In this document: one piece after another, positions 54,778 to 64,000 of the stretch
How positions within the stretch are numbered: the stretch's first letter is position 1
Layout: each line of letters starts with the position of its first letter
Assembly: GCA_037379345.1 (NCBI GenBank)
Contig: CM074517.1
Coordinates: 20,274,001-20,338,000 of the forward strand
Source: Perna viridis
Lineage: Eukaryota
Reading direction: 5' to 3'
DNA length: 64,000 nt
The notes under the pieces: generated by a model
Seen by the model: only the letters and a program-made list of their open reading frames with translations
Databases searched by the model: none
What the model was told of the DNA's origin: nothing
Position numbers and translations under genes: made by a program

Positions 54778-56468
54778 AAAAAAATGAAATTGCAAGTGTA
54801 GATTCTTTCTTTTTATTTTGGGGGAGTTCCTTAAACAACGTTGGAAGTTAATAGTTTTGTTTAGTTTTGTTTCTTTTAATATCGCCACTGAAATGTTTTG
54901 GTGGATTTTTGTTTCGTTTATCATTTTTTTTAAATCGGTATTCCCATTTATGCATATACGCCACATTGACACAGTGAATTCCTGGAAACACTAGATAAAT
55001 CAAATCGTTATTTGTTATAGAATTAGGCAAATGGTTTTATCTGTTTTATCTGAATTTTAAATCATTTCAAGATGGCCATCATATCACAGGAAAAAATTAC
55101 TGCTTAAAATAAAAACATTCATTTAGATACTTTGAGGCGTGTCGGTCCAAATTCCATTATTTTTTTCCATAATGCCATGTTATTATAATCATCAAACCAC
55201 GTTGAAACGTACCTTTAATATATTTGGTGTTTACGATGTTAAAGTTATTTTGATCGTTCTGCACGGGATGTGACTTGCCAGTTCTGAGCAACATGATTTG
55301 TACGCAATCACATATTAATTTGTGTATGTTTTTTTTTAACTTTCAGAACTCGTTTTTGTTCTGTAATTTTTTTTCTCCTTTTTCTTCTTTTATTTTATAT
55401 ATTATAAAACTGATCCCTCTGGTGTCGGTTGCCATATTTGTTTTCAAAATTGACTGTTTTGTTTTGTTTTGTTTTGTTTTTTTTTGCTTTTGGTGAAAGT
55501 TAGTGAGGTAGCTTCATATGGTGAATTTGGATTTATTTATGATAAGCATGCTTTAAGCATGCAAGGACCGAATTTTGTTATTTGCACCTCTTTGCGTCTA
55601 TCGTAATTTTGTTTAACTTGTTCTTTAAGGTTCTTTTTCTTTTAAAAAGTTGATTGTAATTTACCTAATTTGATGTCTCCAAGTCTCCAATGTCTTCATA
55701 TTTGTCCATAATTTGATTTTATGCTGGTTATTCTCATGATGTTCGTTATCCTGGTTTTGATTTTTAGCCTTACTTTTTTATACATAGTATTTGAACCTGG
55801 TTGCATAGTCATGCATGTGCTGCTTTCAATTCGTAACGAGCGCAAGGGCATCAAACTTCCTATGAATGGTCTATTTTATTTCAATTTTAATTTCTACCTT
55901 TGTCTCACGATGGAGTCGAAGGCAATAAGGAAGCAAGTTTGTAGGATGTGACAACAAACTTATGTTGTTGTGCATTCACAAACTACACTGCTCTGACATC
56001 CACTGTATTAAAAAAAAATAACCGTTACTAATAGCACAAAGATGTCGAAAGAATATGTTCTTAATAGAGTTAAGCTGTCGTAAATTAAAAGCGAGTAAAA
56101 CTAATGAGTAATCAGGCAGGTAAACCCGTACCCTTCACACATACCCGTTATGAATATACAGTTTGTAACTGGATACTGGAATGGCTTTTGATTTGATGCT
56201 TATCAGGTTAAGAGAAAATCTTGGCTGAAAAGAGAGAATATTTTAACTTCATTGCACTGACCTCTTGGAGGGATAATATTTACGTAAGCGATTTGTTATA
56301 CCATTTCGTAAACCAACCTGACATATTTCATATTGGAATAGCTTTATGTAATTTTGCAGGTTGATTTTTAGTTTTCTGTTTCAAATCAACAACAAAAAGG
56401 TAAAGGACTTTGGAGATTTGGGGAAACTGGGTTTTAATGCAAACATCCAATTTTAAGTAATGTAGACG

Positions 56469-56675
56469 ACTGTAAACCTATTAATTTTCGCGGTGGGTAA
56501 TTTTAGCGAATTTTGTTAAGTGAGCATTTTCGTGGGTATCATTTTTCGCGGATTAAAAAATGATAAGTGTTATTTAATGTTAAAAATTAATTTTGCTTGT
56601 ACTATTATTCCGTTTTTCTGCCGACCGCCAAAATAGCGAAATTTAGTACACTACAAAGATTAGTTGTTTTACAGT
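56469..56675. mobile_element. MITE with ACTGTAAA...TTTACAGT termini
   Basis: Terminal inverted repeat and TTTTCGCG / GCGAAATT subterminal motifs. Absent from the other arm of the inverted duplication. Confidence 0.65.
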
Positions 56676-57480
56676 AATATGAATACTTGCTGCTAGGATG
56701 TAAGTTAGTGACATAGAATTTTCAATTACCAGGACTCCTTGTTTTACACATTATATATCTTGCTCTGGAGGGACGCGACGAGCAACTCGTTTTTGTATAT
56801 ATAATTTAATATATTTGGAGTCCTTGTTCATCACAAGATACAAAAATATATTGTACCGAAAAGTGGTTCTACAGAGAAACGGATAAACATAGAATTATAA
56901 TTATAACATCATTTCCTTATTAGACCACCAACAAAGTACCATATTATGTCAGATATTTCGAATTGATTGGATCTCCGCATAAGATTTGACACAATATTTA
57001 TTTATACACAAAATGTACTACATGTATCTCCAAAACCGTTAGCCTAAGCCAAATTCTTTCAATTGCCAAAATGATCCTTATCATGAGGCCTATGAAAGTC
57101 TGCAATAGATCAAAGTTGGCAGACGATTCCTGGTTTGTGTTTTTGCCTTTGAAAGGTGAAAAATGTCGTTTTTGCACAGTTTCATCCAATATCTTTAAAA
57201 TTATGATAGATAGAAAACAACTTTCTTTTGCTGAAATAATCCCTATTACCATGTCTATAAAAGCCTACATAGATTAAATGTTTTGGACAACTCCTTGTTA
57301 GAGTTATTGTCCTAGAAAGGCAAAAACGTACATGATACAACATAATAAACATGCAATGGATAACAATTGGCTTAGAAATAGCACAAAAATATGGTCGGCA
57401 AACTACGTCAATATTTTTTGCATGACAATATTAAATTTATAATTACAACTTCATTTAATATCAAATGCTTACTTTTTAGT

Positions 57481-57641
57481 TTTTATTGGAGTCCGAGTTG
57501 CTCTTTTGCTGTTGTTACTTTGTATGTATGATTTTAGTTACTTCATGTTCTTTGTTGTGTATGTCTGTTTTCCATGTCTGGTCTTTGTCCCTGGATTACA
57601 TTATTTTGATTACCGCTATAACCTTGGTTCCCTTGATTACT
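57481..57641 (+). mobile_element. Penelope-like 3' tail fragment
   Basis: GGAGTCCGAGTTGCTC...CCTTGGTTCCCTTGATTACT. Confidence 0.9.
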
Positions 57642-60212
57642 GTTGCCCAAACGACAAATTAAAAACCCGTCAAAAAATCATCCATACAGCAAATTTGTTC
57701 GTTTAGAATACGATTCGACATATACTGCTATAAAACAAAATGCTGTAAGTATACAAACAACGCTCTGACAGGGCAGAAAGATGGGTCAGACAAATTAGCT
57801 GCCAGAGATATTGAGACAGGGTGATGTGACTTAATGTTCTTAAAATGGCGCAGCGTCAATGTGGCTGTTTTTGGGAGAGGGGAAGACATATCTTTCTCAA
57901 AATCGGAAAATTGAACATCAGCTGTTTGTATTATTCTAGTTTAGTCCTCCTTTGACAAAACCTTGCTTTTTTTTTTTTTTTTTTTGTATTTGTTTTGTTT
58001 TTTGTTTTTGTTTTTATTTGTTTTCTGTTTTTCGTAATACGTCGCCAAAAAGTGTTGACTGGTTTTGATTATTTTGTTTTCGTCAGAGCCATTGTATTTT
58101 ATTTCAAAATTTTTGTTATTTCCTTTTTTGCGCCATGAACAACTTTAAATAATCTCAGATGCGTAAATAAAAAATAATTATTATAGGTGGCAAAAGAGCC
58201 ACAGCATGTCATCATGGAAATCGTAATATTTGAATGTAATATTATATAGCTATATATAGTTACATATTGTTGATAACTGTAGCAAAATGAATACAAAAAA
58301 TGTTTGAACATATGTAATATGCCACGACAATTGCATGAGACCTTGGCATATTGCAATCACACTTACTAATGTATGTTGAATACCATATCGCAGATTGTGA
58401 AATATTCGGCAACCGCAAGATGGCTTGAATGGGGCAACCAATGAAACATTTATAAGAGATTAAATATCAACATATATTGGGAATATTAATCATTGTTCGC
58501 AAACATTATGTTTACAGCAGAATTTGAAACCACCACAGATAATGACCAAAACCCTTTAGACTACTTATGCAAAAAAATCATTAGATGCAGTAAAATATGC
58601 AAATGGGCAGTGCTAACAAGTCATGATTGCAATGTAAACCGCAAATGACAGTATTTGACTAAATGAAAAAGATTCACACTAGTGTAATTATGATGTATGT
58701 AATTTAATTTGCATCTAAAATATATTTATCTTTATACATTGCAACATAAACATATAATCACATCAAATTGGATATAAATCATTCAATCATTTTTCCTGGC
58801 GAACTGAAGGAAAAAGTTTATTCATGTACTAGGATCATCAATAAACTTATTTAGACACCATGTAAAGTGTTCAGAAATATACTTTTTCAAGTATCGGAAA
58901 GATGTGCTCATTTTCTCACTATCTCCCCATTTTTAACAAATAGCTTATTATGATTATCAACAGTATGACGGGACTTATTATTGGCTGAATAATTCTTTGA
59001 GTTACGCAAATTCAACCACGGAAGCCTTTGGGCACCGGAATATTAGAGTTCATTATAGTATTCATCAAACCTGTCACTTTTTCAGAGGAACATCCCTTCC
59101 ATACATTAGCTCCTATGTGTATCACCAGCATTTTGATGGTTTCATATTTCGACACATTCTTTTGATTTGGTTACATAATTGAACACTTCCCGTCTGCCAT
59201 CAAAACTTAGTAATTTGACGCATCTCAACGTTTCCATGATTCAAGTACAAACTTAATTTGCGAATAGCCCACAATCGAAAACCGATCACAGGGTCCTAAC
59301 AAATAGCCAAATGTGTATATATTAACCACCCTAATTTATATTAACTTCTGATATAGGGCTTTTACGCATACAATTTTAACCAAAAGCATAGTAAATGCCT
59401 GTAATCGACAAATTGGACGCACACACCGTTCTAGAAGATGTGGAATGAAACCTATAGCCTTTAAATGTTTTAGGTACAGAAAATGATAACGGACTAATGA
59501 CTTGCCAAGAAAAAGAATAAACAAATAAAATGCTAATGACGGGCAAAGAGCCAGATATTGCCTGATCAAATCATTCGGCAGATTACTGCATTCGACAGCT
59601 ATATACTTTATAGTAGCAATTCAAACGTCTTTTCAAACATTCTTTCAATAGGGTGATTGTTTAACCTTAGTTGTATATGACAGTGAAAGAAAAATCCGTA
59701 AAGACCTTAAACAAATATTTTGAAGTTAAAAACGTGCAACCACATCAAACCATCAATCAAATATATTTAGTCAACATCAATTATAATTATAATTTAAAAC
59801 TATCTATATGCGATACACATTATTATCATATACATGTATATATTTTTAAGTAAATCTTTAAAAGTACATTGGTTGCTTGGGTAAATCCATGAAACTGTTG
59901 TTTTAGCCGTTTAAACCATTTATCATTTGTATGGTTATCAATTAATCAATCGATTTAGACATTGCTTCACTAGTTATTTCTGTGTATATAATTTTGAATC
60001 GCTGAAATTAAATTCATTTAGAATGGACGCGTTAAGTTGCAAAAAAATAAATCTCCTGAGATCAATCTTTCAATAAGATTAATTTTGGATGTTAGCAAGA
60101 AACTAAGAACCGCATGTCAGTGACAAAGAGAGACAGATAAATTTATAAAGGACGAAGAGACATATTTTACTCGTTTGTTTATTCAATTGTTGAAAAGAAA
60201 ATTGCATTTTAA

Positions 60213-60657
60213 GGTAGATCATATTTATTATACAGACCATTCTTTTTTTGTCATCTTGCAAAATCGTAAAGAAGTTTGTTCTCTCAAATTAGAAAATATT
60301 GTTTGAAAACATGCAAAATAATTGTCTTTAAATTATTAATTAATTTGTTTGTACATTTATTTTAAAAACCTTCTTTAAAGTGGGGATATTTGATGGGAAA
60401 ATGTTCAAAAGAAATGTAATAGGTTTATTAGATTTTTTTTAGATATTACAAGAAGTAATAATTTTAATAGTAAGCGGAAATGTGTAAATTCCCCACAGAA
60501 TTAGTTCAAAAGATACAGATAGACTCGATTATCTCGATATAAGTTTGGTCACCTATGTTTAATTTTAATATTAAAATTTACAGTTTGTTTCTCTAAGTTC
60601 GTTTTCGAAAAGAAATCAGGGAAATATATCTACTTTAAGTTTTTGGTATGATCTACC
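60213..60657. mobile_element. Non-autonomous TTAA-specific DNA transposon (Kolobok-like)
   Basis: Perfect 11-bp TIR GGTAGATCATA/TATGATCTACC with TTAA on both sides. Confidence 0.75.
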
Positions 60658-61444
60658 TTAATACAATGGTTAAGCGAAAGACTGCGTACATGTCTGTTAT
60701 CATAAATAATATGAATTAAAATGTATTATATTTATTCAAACTCCTGTTTAGATAGAAATTCTCATTGGTATCATTAAAACGACAAAGACATAAAGCGGGT
60801 ATGGACACTTGCCTAATATCCAGGTAGCACAAAGGAAAAGCTTTATATATATCAAATTCGGCCCTGCAAAAAATCAAATCAGTGTTGATTTTGCACAATA
60901 TTTAGTACAATGAGTGCTAAGATGGTCAGCAAAACCGTTTTTGCAATTCATCCATGCATAACAGTGCTGTCGATTCGTAAATACGGAAAATTCCCAAAGT
61001 GAAAAATTATCGTAGCTGTTGGGACAAGAGACAAATGAGCTAAAAAAATTAACAAAATATCCCAGCCCCAAGAAAAAAATATTTCCGAACTTTATCTGAA
61101 TTGTAAGGAAAAACTGCAAAACGAAATCAAACAAACGGAAGTTCAAACTAAAATAAAACTGTTTGGAATGGTCGTTCTAATCGAAATAAAAGTAAGGCTC
61201 TCTGGAACTTTTTGGGAAGTCCTACAGAACAAAAAAGATTCTTCATATAAACGACTCTAATAATAAATCAGAGCGTAGTATCATAAATAGCTGCTTAGGT
61301 AGACACTTTGGTTTATTAGGATCAGACTCAGCCATTGATTCCATTTTTAAGGAATACGTCTCTGAGTTTGTAAAATAAAATGGTAATATTTATTCACTCT
61401 CTGTTACATTCACAAAGGAGTCTCTTTTGAAAACACGTAAAATT

Positions 61445-62380
61445 TCAAAATTGGGCAAAGCCCCGGGAATCGACGAGAAACCAAAATAACTTCAGACTCT
61501 CCTCCAAATATCGCAAAAGTTTTCCAAAAATCTGAAATGTAAAGTTTGAGCCAAAAAAATGTACCACGTCAATACCTTTTTGAAAGAGAAGGATTGTGGG
61601 CAGATAAACTACATGACCCGTGTTTTAGAAAAGCACGGTGACGTTAATCGAATAAACTTTGGAGATGCCCAATGGAATTATTTCATCAGACCCTCGATTA
61701 CTCACACGTGCGCGGTCTGGAAGCCACTATCGCAGGTAAGCAGTGATTTGCTGGATAGTTGGCAATATAAAGCCGCTCTAGTTATTTGCCACACGAATCT
61801 TAACATACCTATCATGCCTATATCTGCTATATAGTTGCTGGAATAAAGATGGGAAACTCTATCTTCCTTCGTAGATAAAGAAGAACTCTACTTTTAACCG
61901 TTTATCTAAATTTCCACAAAATCGACTATGTGGGCAAGTCTGGAAGGAAATGACCAACTCGAATCATCATTTTTGGAGACACAACAGCTGTATTTTAAAC
62001 ACCATACGTGATGTCAATCCGAATGGTTTCTCTTCGGATGATTTAAGTCATGCCTCTATAAATTCTTTGTTCGGAACAAGCACCAAAACTTAATTACTTC
62101 TTGAAGTGCATACGAGGTGTAGTTTAGATTTTCATACAGTTATGGAAGAATAGGAAGACAATCATATTCGAATGATAATGACTTCCGAGCCTATAAACTT
62201 AAGTTTTTTTGCAAGAACGAAAAAAAAACAAAGCAAAAAAACAAAAAAACATTTCCACTGAAAATGGAATAATACACAATAAAAACATCCGAAAACGATT
62301 TATGAGATCTTTGTAACGCTGGAGTGTGCGAGCCCTTGAACATTACTTTTTTGATTGCCCAACGTATGATGATATATGCC
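61445..62380 (+). mobile_element. Heavily decayed CR1/L2-like LINE ORF2 relic with the RT core deleted
   Basis: KLGKAPGIDE at ~61450, IRPSITHTCAVW..LLDSWQYKAALVI at 61680-61790, WETL at ~61850, and an HYFF/DCPTY zinc-knuckle remnant at ~62340. Confidence 0.6.
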
Positions 62381-63224
62381 TGAAATTTGCATCTTTTTCT
62401 CAAGCGAATGTTGATAGCAATTCAAACCCATTTTTGTAGATCTGTTGCCTGAAGCTAAGATGCATTTTCAGATTGGTGATATCAGCTACCTTTTTCAGTA
62501 GTAATGTCGGCCATTTCTACGATTGTATAGAAAATATGTTCATACAGAATTGTTTCAATCTCAGGTTTGAGTTTTTAAAATGATGATTTTAATATATGTT
62601 TCCATTCGATTCATTTCTATTTGCATTGAACTGCTTTATGATTGATAATCAGTCATTGTATTTCAAAATATTTTTTCTATAAGCAAGGTGTATTTAAAAT
62701 GTTTACATATTTGTAGAGATGCCCCTACTCATTGTAATTGTTTTATGGTATTTCTAAATGATATATACTGCGCCATCGGGTCCCATTGATAAACGGAAAA
62801 AAAACGTAAGCATAGAAGGGTCTGAAAATTCTCAAAGATGTCAGAAATGTGGAGACTGTTGAAGCATGTGACCACCACTTCTGAATGAAATAAAAAAAAA
62901 TCTTTCCCCATTTTGTAATATTTTATCAAAGGAACGACGTCATTTTAACGTCATTTTAACAGGTAAATGATGTAACAGCTTTTAAATGTCAATCGATTAT
63001 GTACTTAAATATCTTAGTAAGCTGTTTTAAAATACTCGGCACTGGCATCGCATCAAACATGATTGACCAATACGTTATATGCTATTTAAAATAATAAAAT
63101 TGCGTTTGAATTTTGTATCTATTTTTGAGTTCCCAACAAAAAACTCTGAAAGGCATTGATTTTGTACTTTTCTTTTCAAATCCTTACCGATTATGTTGAA
63201 ATAAAGTTTTTTGTTTATTTTTTA

Positions 63225-63587
63225 ATGGTCGTCATCATGAACTCGTGGATCGTTACGGTGTATCCATCTGCGCCATGAAAACTGATTTGTGCAACGTGTC
63301 ATAGTTTTCCTTTCCTCTTTCGTCTACCCCGGACTTGACTTTTTTTATGAGCAACTCGGCGTTTTTTTTTCTATAAAAACAGAGGACGCTTACCCTACTG
63401 GTGAACCTGTTCCATGCTTCCAGTTTTAAATGGAATCCGAGTTGCTCATTTGCTTTTGTTACTTTGTATGTATGATTTTAGTCATATTATATTCTTTGTA
63501 GCATATGTCTGTTTTCCTTGTCGGTCTTTGTCCCTGTAATACATTCTTTTGATTACCACTATAACCTTGGTGCCCATGATTACTCTT
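63225..63587 (+). mobile_element. Penelope-like 3' fragment
   Basis: Encodes GRHHELVDRYGVSICAMKTDL plus the full tail. Confidence 0.9.
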
Positions 63588-64000
63588 ATCTTATTTTTTT
63601 AAATGTTAATTCTTATGTATTAAAATCAACCAAATTGATAGAAGGAGTTGCAAGAAATCATTGTGAGGTCAAAATGGAACTTTTTGCTCTTGTTCTGTAT
63701 AACGGTTTTGATATTTTCAAAATGGCTTAATTATTGTCTGATTCTACTTAAAATTGATATTTAGGATAGACATATGACTGCAGAATGTAATGTATCAAAC
63801 GTGAATGTGGAAAGTTTCATTCTTTGTATTCGGTTACTTATTATTATAATACAAATATCTTGAGATTCGTTGTTTCGAATCTTTTTCTCTCCTTTTTCCG
63901 TTCTTTTCCATCATACAATCCGCTGAGCGTGCGTTTAAACGAAATTAAAACGATGTGTAAACGCACGATAAACGATTTTGGGGTTTCACATAGCAAAACA

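Larger units (their letters stand above)
47560..57465. repeat. Diverged inverted duplication: arms ~47560-48730 and ~56030-57465
   Basis: Three colinear reverse-complement blocks: 47560-47643/57378-57465, 47900-47935/56815-56850 and 48370-48730/56030-56420. Confidence 0.75.

Overview
This is AT-rich eukaryotic DNA with spliced genes and two N gaps. The repeat families suggest an invertebrate, probably a bivalve mollusc (inference). The main feature is one + strand gene (~6958-40627) whose exons join in consistent phase into a ~5,680-aa type I transmembrane mucin. Its order is: signal peptide; a 10.8-kb exon of 1431-bp (477-aa) tandem repeats; an SEA-like domain with a symmetric 48-nt exon carrying an RRKR furin site at the usual cleavage loop; a 4-Cys module; a second 5.3-kb exon of acidic 39-bp (13-aa) repeats; a TM helix; and a Tyr-containing tail with an F-x-I-x-R-P motif. 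The rest is mostly mobile-element debris: about 13 truncated copies of one Penelope-like element with a structured 3' tail, a DIRS-like relic, a CR1-like LINE relic, a SINE with a 12-bp TSD, a Helentron-type element and several MITEs. There is also an old inverted duplication around the second gap, and possible decayed lectin/WSC-like exons. All exon calls come from reading splice signals and phases by eye, with no transcript evidence.
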